Below are positions 10,757-20,000 of a stretch of DNA of 20,000 nucleotides, piece after piece (positions within the stretch are counted from its first letter, which is position 1; each line of letters begins with the position of its first letter). A program made the translations under genes and the position numbers. Source of the DNA: Perkinsus olseni (taxonomy: Eukaryota); NCBI GenBank assembly GCA_013115125.1, contig JABANN010000082.1, positions 57,742 through 77,741 of the forward strand. Reading direction: 5' to 3'. Under the pieces are notes generated by a model. It saw nothing but the letters and a program-made list of their open reading frames with translations, ran no database searches and was not told the origin of the DNA.

Positions 10757-11912
10757 ATGAACTACGACATTCCAAGTGCTGCAACCAGCAGTGGGATCAC
10801 GAGAGTCAACAGCCAACACCGTCAAACACGAGGACTGCCCGGCTACTCCGATGGCTGGAGAGGGATAAAAGAGATCCAGAATCCATATGCTGAGTAACTG
10901 AACGCACTCCGATTCTAACCTCAGCGACCATCCTACGGCAGATACAGCGGCCGTGGGCTTCCCTCTCGTACCAATAGTTCAGCGCAGGATATCGACACTT
11001 TCTTAGCGCTTGTGGCGTCTGATAACATCCAAGCCGTGAAGTCAAGGTGAGCGGCTTCAGTATGCCATACGAACTTTGACTAGAAGGGTCTCGCGCGTGC
11101 TCGGTAGGTTGAAGGGTAGCTCAACCATAGTGCAAGAGCTCCTACAAGGCCGAAACTCGAGAGGGAGTACTGCCTTGCATATCGCGTGCCGAGAAGTACC
11201 ATCCAACAACGCACCTTTACGGACGCATCTCCATTGTAGGGTCTTCTGTCGATTGTGAACACCCTAGCATCAGCTGGAGCAGAAATCGAAGCTCGGGATA
11301 GAATCGGTAACGAAGGAACGAGGCATTTCGCATAAACTTGGGATAGTTTGATAGATAGGCGATGATCAGGTCGGACTCCTCTCCTAATATGCTGTGAATA
11401 TGGCCATATGGAAATTGCGAAGCTATTGCAGTCCCGTTTCCGAGCAAATATTGGTGCTCGCGACACCCTTCAACGCACTTCATTCCACTTGGCATGTTGC
11501 TGCCGGAACCCAAATATATCGCGGCTTATATTACAGGTGCCATTATGGCAAGCGGTAGCGACTGCTCACTTCCAGTTACTTCCAGTTACGCCCAGGTCTG
11601 AGAGAAGCTGCGGACAGACATGGTCGAACTGGGCTCTTCTACGCTGTTCTGAATAGCGATGCAGAGGCTGCCAAGAGCATCACAGAAATGATATTGAAGA
11701 GTCGACAGTCCGAGGGGTTGACTGCCCACTGCGTGTACTCATCTGTTAACGCTCTAGTACTGAGCAAAGTATGGGCCTCACTCAGAGACTCATACCAAAG
11801 ATCGCCTCTGGCCTACGCATCGCAGGAATCACGAGATGACTTGATAGCTCTACTTCTACACTATGGTGCCACCTATTCATCATCCGAGAAAGAGAAGCCA
11901 CGTGAGGAGTAG
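10757..11912 (+). CDS. Ankyrin-repeat protein, multi-exon (probably the 5' part of one gene continuing to ~14097)
   Basis: Spliced ankyrin motifs: RNSRGSTALHIACRE|GLLSIVNTLASAGAEIEARDRI|GRTPLLICCEYGHMEIAKLL..ANIGARDTLQRTSFHLACC..ADRHGRTGLFYAV..RDSYQRSPLAYASQESRDDLIALLLHYGA. Intron 10894-10947 joins the 10757 ATG frame to these exons. The start codon is inferred. Confidence 0.85.
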
Positions 11913-12252
11913 GGGGAATGGAGAACTTACGGTGAATGTAGCTTCGATGGTGCCTTCAGAATATGCCGAGAGGACACGTCTGCAGCACATCGGGGGATAG
12001 TCCTCCCGACCAACCATAGCCAAGGTGCACGGGAGGGGTCACTGCCTTGCGAATCATCGTGTGATGAGTTGCCCCAGACAACAACCCAATAGATCGGTGC
12101 AGAGGAAACTTTGGGATTTAAGAAGATGTCGTTTTTAGGCCATTTACTTGATAATCGTGTTTGAACTTTTCCCCAGGTAGATTTTATAATCTACGATCTA
12201 CTAGAGGTGACTCCTCAAGGCGAGCGAGTTATAGTCAAATGCAGATGCCCAG

Positions 12253-14097
12253 TCTCATCATTACCGTGACCGATTTATCGAGTTCATGCAAATTATCCAA
12301 CGGAATGGCTTGGAGCATATGTATCACGTCAAGCGGCCAGAACTGTTTAGTGGAAGCTGGATGGAAGATGTAGCATAGTGTGTGCCCACTGGATGAGCCT
12401 GTTCCACGGACTAGGTCAATGCAATTGAGGATCTTATAGATGAGCGAGGAGCATTGCTGAGAGCTAGTCATTCCTTCGGTGAAGCTCTCATACGGGTGTG
12501 CAATCTGCTGATGCCTCCAGGAGGCAGGCCTCCCTCCCCTCGTCCTGCTGGAGTGTCTGAGGATATCCTCGCCAGGTGATAGATAACCCTGCATGAGCTC
12601 AACATAGGTTCACCCGCAAGGTATCTGATCAGTAGCCCTGATGGCAACCGAGGGAACTTCCAGACAGATATGACGCCTGCTGTAGAATGTAGGTCGACTT
12701 TCGTTGATAAAAACTTGACGACGGCAGTTTCATCTCGGCAAGGGATAGTATATCTACAGTTCGAAGGTACACAGATTACAGAGAAGGAGAGGGACGACAG
12801 GATACGCGAGCTGGTGCGGCGGATAGAGGCTGCAGATGTACAAAGGCTTCGTCCCTGACGGATGACGGAGCGTCATCATCATACTTGAAAGGGTCGGTGC
12901 CAAATCTCAGGCCAAACTGAGCTCTGCAGTCTCAACGGCTGACTATACATTGCTGAAGGAAGAGGTATCCAATTTGAGGACATCGAAAACTCAGCTGGAA
13001 ATCCAGCTGATGGACCTACGTCGCCAGGTGGTCGCCTCGTTCACACTTGATGAACATGCTCTGCATTCATCCTGGTAGGCTTCTTTCGCTGCTGAGAAGG
13101 CCCGGACGATGAGGGACGAGCTTGACAAGTATGAATGTTTCCTCCGACCAGTAGGGAATACTTGATCAGCATGTCACAGTGCATCAGGAAGTGTAGAGAG
13201 AATACGGAGATCTCCGTGCAGTTGGCCGCAGCACAGACGATGATAGATAGCATGGCTAGTGATGCTGCTAGGAGAGAGATAACTCGAGAGGGGTATCGAG
13301 TTATTTGTCGCACAAGCTTCCTGTTGCATGCATAGATACGACCGACTCAAGCGTGAGCTGTCTATGACAAAGGCTGAGAAAGGAACTCTCTTGAGGCAGA
13401 ATGAGGTCACAGAAGCCTAACTCCGTGCTACGGAACTCCGAAGGAATATACCAGGGGAGCGTATGCTAGACCGTCGCTATACCGGCAGGCCCTCGAGGGA
13501 AGACTGGAACGGATGGAGGTAGCCAAGAAGGAGCAGACAAAGAAGGAAATGCTCAGAGTTGAAGAGGAGGTGGCAACTCGGGCATGCGTTGGTATGCCAT
13601 GGTAACTTTCAGAACGCGAGGCTACGACGGCAGCTTCGTGAGTTGGAGGATAGATATGAACGTTTCGGGGAGAGCCAGCGGCAGGAAAGAACAGAGGAAG
13701 GCAGGGACGAGGTGAGTTTCTATGACACATTCATTGGACTAATGCTGTTCTGAGAAGGCCCGGCCTGAAGGGGATGACGGTCACCAGTCATCAGGAAGGA
13801 AAGAGTCCAAAGTAGAGCACAGCGTGGAGAGCAATTGCTCGTCTCACCGCAGGCTGAACTATCGTCATCCAATCAGATGTCTCTGTCTTCCGTGAATGAC
13901 GCAGCACCGCTGGCCTCTGAACGCTCTCACGCCCTACCCTCTGCAGCTGAAGCGACCTTCAACGATGGTCGCCAAATCTTCTCGGAGGTATCTGCCCTCA
14001 GTTAGGGCCTCTGACCCAACAGTCGACCCATATGCACCAGCAACGACTCTCCTATTTTCAGGTACCCGCTGTGGCAGCTCTGCTCAATCTAGTCTAA
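12253..14097 (+). CDS. Coiled-coil-rich multi-exon region, probably the 3' part of the ankyrin gene; end uncertain (14097, or ~14222)
   Basis: Exons read SHHYRDRFIEFMQIIQRNGLEHMYHVKRPELFSGSWMED|VNAIEDLIDERG, then heptad-rich LLKEEVSNLRTSKTQLEIQLMDLRRQ, YDRLKRELSMTKAEKGTLLRQNE|ALEGRLERMEVAKKEQTKKEMLRVEEE|NARLRRQLRELEDRYERF. A candidate last exon 14062-14097 reads VPAVAALLNLV*. Confidence 0.65.
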
Positions 14098-14744
14098 AAC
14101 CTCCTCTTCGGAGATATTACACATTCTATAGGCACGACCATGGTAGTCGATAGCATGTTCCGGGTCACGAGGGTGGGAATGAAGACTTCTCAGAGGATGC
14201 GTTGCGTCTGGAGTCTCGATAAGGCTGGGCTAGCTTCTCCCTCTCAGAGCCGTGCGTTCTGGGGTTTCCCGATCATTGTCGTTCTGTTTCCCGTCGTTGA
14301 GAATCTCTCAAATCCAAGTCGGTGTATAGGTATTAGAGGTCCCTCCTCTGGATGCTGGTGACGAATACGACACGGAAACTCGCAACATGAGACGAGTTCC
14401 GAGAGCCAATAGAATTAAGGAGAGCGGCTGAGGATGATTCCATTCTAGACCCTCGCTTGGTGGATGATCCTGGCCACGTTCCCTGCAGTTCATACTGACT
14501 CCTAATTGAAAGCTAACTCAACAAGTGTGCTCTATTCTCATGAGTATTCGACGCGGGCAAATGCGGATCGTTGTAATCAAAGATCAGGGTTGTGGCTAGT
14601 AGGCCCTGAAGTAGTAGTTCGAATGAGTGATCAAGTTGTCGAAAAGGTGCTCTCTCTTTTTGCTGCCCAATATCTAATATGTGAATAGGTACAACAAGTA
14701 GGCGGCACCTGGAAGTTCTCCAGATAAGGAAGAGGAGGACTTCT

Positions 14745-15499
14745 CTACGGCTTGTACATACAGCCCTTATGTCCCTCGGAATTTACGCAGAACCCCGACT
14801 CTGGGCAATCCTGAGAATCATACGCTGATGGAAGCGTAGACGCTCCGGTAAGGGCTATGGAACCTATTAAGTATCACTTACTCTGTCCGCCTCACAGCTG
14901 ATGACACAGTATCCGCCGGGGTAGCATTCTTTCTCCCCCATGGGCGGGGAGGGACAGTTTCTAACCGTCTCGCAATCGTGTGCGCAGATGATCCAGAAAA
15001 GTGTGTGGGCGTTCTGATCAGGAGGGTCATCAGGGCGGTCACCAACGAGCCCCCTGGGAGATTGAGTGCTGGGTAACCCCTTGACAAGGAACAGTTGGCT
15101 CCTAGCTTACACAAATGAGGCCAAAGCTTCCCCCTTCGCACGAGCATCCCCACATCTGCCACGACTGCGGGTCGAAGTGACATTTACCCTTCGGCATATA
15201 GTACGGCTCTCCAGCTGAGTTCAAGTAACATGCTTCCTGTTATATTCCAGATCCTCCTATGGGGGGATAGGTACCTTTGCTTGAGTCGACTGATTTCCTA
15301 AACTCCATCGTCTCGTCGAACTGAGAATCCTCCCTGGAATGCAGGTGTTTTCGCCCTTAAACACAACTCTTTTCACTTACAGACTATCGTTGGAACTCTG
15401 GACCCTGTAGCTACTCAGTCCCGAAGATATCTGGTCCTTTAGCTCGAAGGCATCGGCTGTCGAGAAGATTATGAACAGGACTTGGGCGGTTTTATACAT
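14745..15499 (-). CDS. Small secreted cysteine-rich protein (161 aa, 14 Cys), 5 exons, intact
   Basis: Exons 15499-15381, 15333-15291, 15236-15111, 15013-14882 and 14810-14745 with GT-AG introns of 47, 54, 97 and 71 nt, total 486 nt in frame: MYKTAQVLFIIFSTADA-FELKDQISSGLSSYRVQSSNDSLEDSQFDETMEFRKSEACYLNSAGEPYYMPKGKCHFDPQSWQMWGCSCEGGSFGLICNAHTLFWIICAHDCETVRNCPSPPMGEKECYPGGYCVISCEADRDCPESGFCVNSEGHKGCMYKP*. Confidence 0.85.
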
Positions 15500-16257
15500 T
15501 TTGAGGGAACTCTCACCTACTTGCACTTATAACGAATACCAACCGCCTCATGTGATCAGAGTGATCACGCTAAACCGTTCAAGCTAAGTCCGCGTCTCCG
15601 AGCCGAGTCCCCAAGCTATACGCGTTTAAGCTAGACAATAGCGCGGTACGGTGCCGGTGCATTACAACAGTGCCATAACCAGGCAGGTTGCTAGTTCTAA
15701 CACAAAGCTTGAACTTTTAACAGAAACAACTTCGGGTTCGCTCATATCTCTTCGCTTCACACTTGTGATTCACAGGAAGCATACGTGACAGGTGTCCAAG
15801 TGCATGAGGATGATACGTGCAGCTGAAATTCTGACCATCGCGGAGGTGAATGTTGAAACTAAAGTTTTCCCACGGAGTAACCGGGGAGACTGCCTGACTC
15901 TCGGCAGAATCAACAGGCTGCTCCTCGTGACCTTAGTCATGCAATTCAATTCGCTCGACTCATAAGACAAAACGAGATTCGCACACGTGCTACGCTTCCC
16001 TCGAACGAGGACATAGCTCAGCGCTAGGGCAACAGGCCGAGCTAGAATAACTCACTTGGGGCCGATCAGGGAAGCGGACATCATTCCTGAGGTCCACTAT
16101 GTTGTTCCATCGATGATGATCCGCAGAATCGCAATCCGACGAATTGAATCCGTTGCCAGCGAGGTTGTTCGGCGAAGGTTTCTTATCGGGCAAGTGATGG
16201 AGCAGCTGCCAGTAGCTAGGAGGTTATCGGCGCAAATAGAGTCATCATCACTTAGGA

Positions 16258-17602
16258 GGCAGATACTATTCTTGGTGCCTATAGGACTATCCTTATCTGG
16301 TCCTTTGTCTACTTTTCGGGGTTATGTCTCCTGGTGGCGGCGACCGTAGAGTCTATATCCGAGCCTTGGATGGTACATACATCTCTTCTTTTTCTCATAG
16401 CATTCGGTGCTGGTGGTATAGAAAGCTGTGTGAATGTCATGGGGGCACAACAATACCATCCAAAGTATCATCAAACTCAGATCAACAAGTTCTTCAACTT
16501 CTTCTATGCTTGTATCAGTATAGGTGCGCTAATTGGCGGCGTTACTACCCCTCTGCTCTTGCAAGCTTACGGTTTCACAGCGAGCTTTTCCTTTCCTCTT
16601 ATACTGTTTGCTATCGGTACAGCGGTGTTCATCTGCGGTGGTGTGACTGACCGCTTTGTGAAGCGGGAACCTCAAGGCTCCGCGGTTCTGCAAGTGGTTA
16701 TGGTGGTGCTCTGCTCTGTCAGACATTGTTCGGTCAATGCGAATAAGGAATCGAAAGGCGGCAATTTAAAGGACAACTTCGTCGAGGACGCTAGGGCTAT
16801 GTTTCGGCTACTTCCTCTCTTCTCTCTGATCATCCCATTTGTAATGGCTACCAACTGTTTTACAACTACATTTATCACTCAGGCTTATAAGTAGATCGTA
16901 ACGTCTTGGGCCGGGAGGTGCCTAATGTCGACCGTATTGGTGTATTCACCACGAGCATGCTCTCAGGTAAGATAATCTTCCCTGTGCTGCGTCTGAGAGG
17001 CCTCATGCCATCGGTTCTTGGAAGATTCTGTATAGGCACTTGTTTCGGTATTATATCCCTCGTTATCGCACTAATACTCGAGTACGTCATCAAGTCGAAC
17101 CCCCTCTTCACCGTCAGCGTGCTATGGCAAGTTCCCATGGTCTGGTTTATGGCGATGGGAGGTTTTTATGTTATTTAAACGTCTTACGAAGCCGCCTTTA
17201 TCTACTCTCCCGACTCGGGAGTCCCGAGTCGCTCAAAGCAGTGGCGTCTGCTTGTAGTCTCTGCTATTTCGCTATCGCCAGTATGTTATCGGCAGTTCTC
17301 TTCTCTATTTTATCGCCGTTGTTGCCTAATTTTGAATATAGCCATTCCACGAAGTCCTTTCACGAGGACTCGCACTACGGGTATTTCTACACGGCCTCTG
17401 TGTAGTGGCTGCCATTGGGTCGCTATGTTTGGCGCCATATTTCAAGCGTGTCACAGCGAGGAACGAGGCTCTATTGTCTGCCAATGAGGAGATGGATGAA
17501 GAGGGAGGGGAGCATCCCAAAGTCTCATCCACGGTCGAGGATGAGCTCACCCCCTCCTCGCATCCGTCGCTTACTCATATTGGTAAGAAAGTCGCTGTAT
17601 AG
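16258..17602 (+). pseudogene. POT/PTR (SLC15-like) proton-dependent oligopeptide transporter pseudogene, 5'-truncated and intronless
   Basis: Motifs ADTILGAYRTIL, FGAGGIESCVNVMGAQQY, FFNFFYACISIGALIG (PTR signature), WQVP, TSYEAAF..SPESLKAVAS. Lesions: frameshift ~16315, frameshift ~16891, in-frame TAA 17176-17178, a 14-nt insertion ~17211, and frameshift ~17400. No ExxER motif or TM1 is seen upstream. Confidence 0.9.
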
Positions 17603-18119
17603 TTTCTTCTCGTCTCACCATCGCATCTCACGTGCTTCCTGAGCTAAGAGTATTACCACAGCGGACGTTAGTTTCGCAAATGAAATAATCTTTCGGTGTT
17701 AGTCAACGCGGGGGGGGGGAATGTCAGTCTCAAGGCTCTCCGATATATTCGTCAGTTGGAAGCGTGATCGCATGATAGCGCCAAGATTGATCTTCCGATA
17801 TTATGGGACCGATAAAGGTGCGTGAACCAACAAAATCCGATTCGTCATGAGTAGCAGAGCGGTTGAAATTCCGCTACGCCCCCGTCGTCTTTCCACGCTA
17901 GGCGCCATGCCGGGTACGCCTCCCATCACTCGAGCTCACTGCACCATACTCGTTATCCATACGAGACTACCTGAGGGATAGCTCATTGTGAAGGGCGGGG
18001 ATTGCCGTCTCCGTGGACTACTAGGGTGAAGAGTCTTCAATCACCCATCATCAATGTGATCGAGTCTACACTGACCTATGCCTTCCCCTTTGAGCTCACG
18101 GTGCATTACCTCTCAGTCA

Positions 18120-18180
18120 ACCCGCTTAGACTAAGCGGGTGGTGAGCGCTTCATGATGAAGTGCTCCATGATGGAGCGCT
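18120..18180. repeat. Cluster of three inverted repeats with 1-nt centres
   Basis: acccgcttag-a-ctaagcgggt (18120-18140, perfect); gagcgcttcat-g-atgaagtgctc (18144-18166, 1 mismatch); agtgctccat-g-atggagcgct (18160-18180, 1 mismatch). Confidence 0.9.
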
Positions 18181-18603
18181 GGACACACGAGCGAGACTCG
18201 CGAGCTTCATCCAGGGCCTCGCGAGTGGTGCACGCACCTCTTGCGCCCAGCCCGATCGCGCACCCTTGAGACCCCTCGAGAACTTGAAATTTCGTGGCCA
18301 TTATTTTGAGAGGTTGGAAACTACAGAGTTTCTGTATATCTCAATTCGGTGAACTCTGTTCACGGAAACTGTCGGCGGATGAGCACACAGCAATGGTCTA
18401 ATCACGTAACGGAGAAGGGTACGATGAGGATTTTTACCACGACAGCGTTGTTGATACTGAATATAGTGTGTATGCTCAACAAACTAGTACCGAACTGCGC
18501 ATCCTTGGGGTGCATAACCCGACACCAGGGTCGCACCCGGCGTTCTCGAGGGCGCACCTGGGGTGCGCGGCGTGCACCCAGATGAAGCCGATGAGCTTCC
18601 GAC

Positions 18604-19575
18604 TCACCAAGCTACAGCTGAAGATCGGGCTGACTCTGCTATCTCTGCATCGATACACTCTAAGCCTCCCTTGGACGTTTTGGTAGAATCACTGCAATGT
18701 TCAAAGTTTCTTAGGACGGGGAGGATCGGTAAGAAAAGCAAGGCACTGAACGATGATAACATAGAGGCTATATAGAAGTTGATGCTGTGGCTAACATGTT
18801 CATAGAGTGGTCCGCCCACGGGGGTCGGTAAAACATTTCCGATGCTTAAGAACATATTTAAATAACCCATGAGCTCACCACCTCGGCCCGAAGGTGATAT
18901 CGTCGCCACGATCTGTGGCAAACTGCTGAAGATTAGTGGGAAGCCCAAACCCATCGTAGAGCGAATAGCAAGGAAACCGAGTATGCTATCAAAAAATATG
19001 GGGGTAAGGTAAGCGACCACATCAGAGGAGCGCGCAAGTAGACAAACGTACGATACTCTTATGCAGATCTTGGTTGCTAGGTACATATACAGCCATTTAC
19101 CAAGAATAGCCAATACCCCATCACCAATCCCTGTCATACCGGTGAAATGTCATTACCAGGCATCCCTCAGAGTCCCCAACCACAGCCGTTCGTATCACAA
19201 CCAGGTCGTGATGGGAAAACTATCCAACCTCTACGATTACCCCATTAATCTACCGCAGTTAGGTGAAATGGAGAGAAGGAGAACTCGTCTTTCAACACCA
19301 GAGGGAAGCTCAAGAATACCATCATATACATCGGTATACACGGTATCGCGACCGTTGGCCAAGAGGCCGATCATGAATACAGTCATGTACAAAGCTGTCT
19401 TGTTAAAGGGACTCTTCGAAGGGCCAGCTCGAGTAGTAAGGACAGGTCCATTCACCTCTTCACGCAACACTGTCTTACCTACCCCTCCATCATTCACCTG
19501 TTCGATTTTCACTACATCTTCCTTCCTGAGCTACGTCGAGGATCTTGGATACTCAAAGAAGAACAATCTGAGGCT
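18604..19575 (-). pseudogene. MFS transporter (DHA1/TetA-like) pseudogene, C-terminal half
   Basis: LFFFEYPR, then TAG (19533-19531), a central loop, KTALYMTVFMIGLL, a frameshift to MYMMVFLSFPLVLKDEFSFS, TAA-TGA at 19155-19150, then several TM segments including PQIVATISPSGRGGELMGYLNMFLSIGNVLPTPVGGPLYE (typical TM10-11 loop). Confidence 0.75.
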
Positions 19576-19981
19576 TATGCTCCTAGTCTAGGAGCCCTAG
19601 TGGAGTTTAGCCGGTCCGACGGAATGCTTTCTGGCAAGAGAGACACGCAGGCTTTTGCGAAATCCTCGAATCCTGTTGTGGATGAGTGCATTCAGCGACC
19701 AACGAAGAAAGCTAACAACAATAGGGAAACGGGTAGCCGCCAATTGAATTTAGAGTCGGAAAACTCAATGAGACCCGAACAAGCGGTGTGCAGTGTGAAT
19801 AGAATGTTTCTGCTTTCGATCTGCATGATAGCGTTCAGGTGGCCATGAACAATCGGGTGGTCCGCATTGCAGTGCTTATTCGTGGATCGTTACATCCTGG
19901 GAATTAAACCAGATGTCAAGCGAAAGCGCGCGTGAGAATTTTATGCTACCGTCGCAGCTACAATGTCGAGCATTTTAGGTT

Positions 19982-20000
19982 ACCGTAGCCACTCTGGCTC
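19982..20000 (+). ncRNA. Dinoflagellate/Perkinsus-type spliced-leader sequence (5' end of an SL RNA gene or a relict SL), cut by the window edge
   Basis: ACCGTAGCCACTCTGGCTC matches the DinoSL DCCGTAGCCATTTTGGCTC(AAG) at 17 of 19 positions. Both differences lie in the 3-nt loop of the AGCCA/TGGCT stem. Confidence 0.75.

Noticed and set aside
14878-15183. 101-aa minus ORF with SAHTIARRL, reminiscent of a Tc1 HTH
   Set aside because: It is an off-frame reading of the Cys-rich gene; no DDE domain or TIRs are present.
19061-19591. 176-aa plus-strand ORF
   Set aside because: Antisense shadow of the MFS pseudogene.
19600-19850. Possible N-terminal half of the MFS gene (minus-strand FSDSKFNWRLPVSLLLL, faintly like motif A)
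   Set aside because: The match is too weak and the expected intervening TM helices are absent.
1-20000. Alternative genetic code or general stop-codon reassignment; tRNA/rRNA genes
   Set aside because: Intact gene models end in standard stops, and internal stops mostly co-occur with frameshifts in decayed genes. No cloverleaf or rRNA-like sequence was seen by eye.

Overview
Eukaryotic nuclear DNA, about 50% GC by eye and gene-dense, with many short (mostly 40-60 nt) GT-AG introns, so the ORF track only shows exon fragments. The intron style and a dinoflagellate/Perkinsus-type spliced-leader motif at the right edge point to a perkinsozoan alveolate (Perkinsus-like; inference). Left to right: two tandem, intronless, disrupted paralogs of an unknown secreted protein family (511-2248); TFIIIC TPR subunit GTF3C3/Tfc4 (2932-7810); a small 5-exon hypothetical gene (8095-8752); a helical-repeat OPR/HPR/FAST-like gene (8920-~10290); an ankyrin plus coiled-coil gene (~10757-~14097); an intact 5-exon secreted 14-Cys protein on the minus strand that the ORF track misses (15499-14745); and a decayed zone with POT/PTR and MFS transporter pseudogenes. 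The decayed zone carries inverted-duplication scars with a 1-nt centre that resemble hairpin-type (hAT-like) excision footprints. It ends in a spliced-leader-like sequence. All exon models were read by hand and are unverified.
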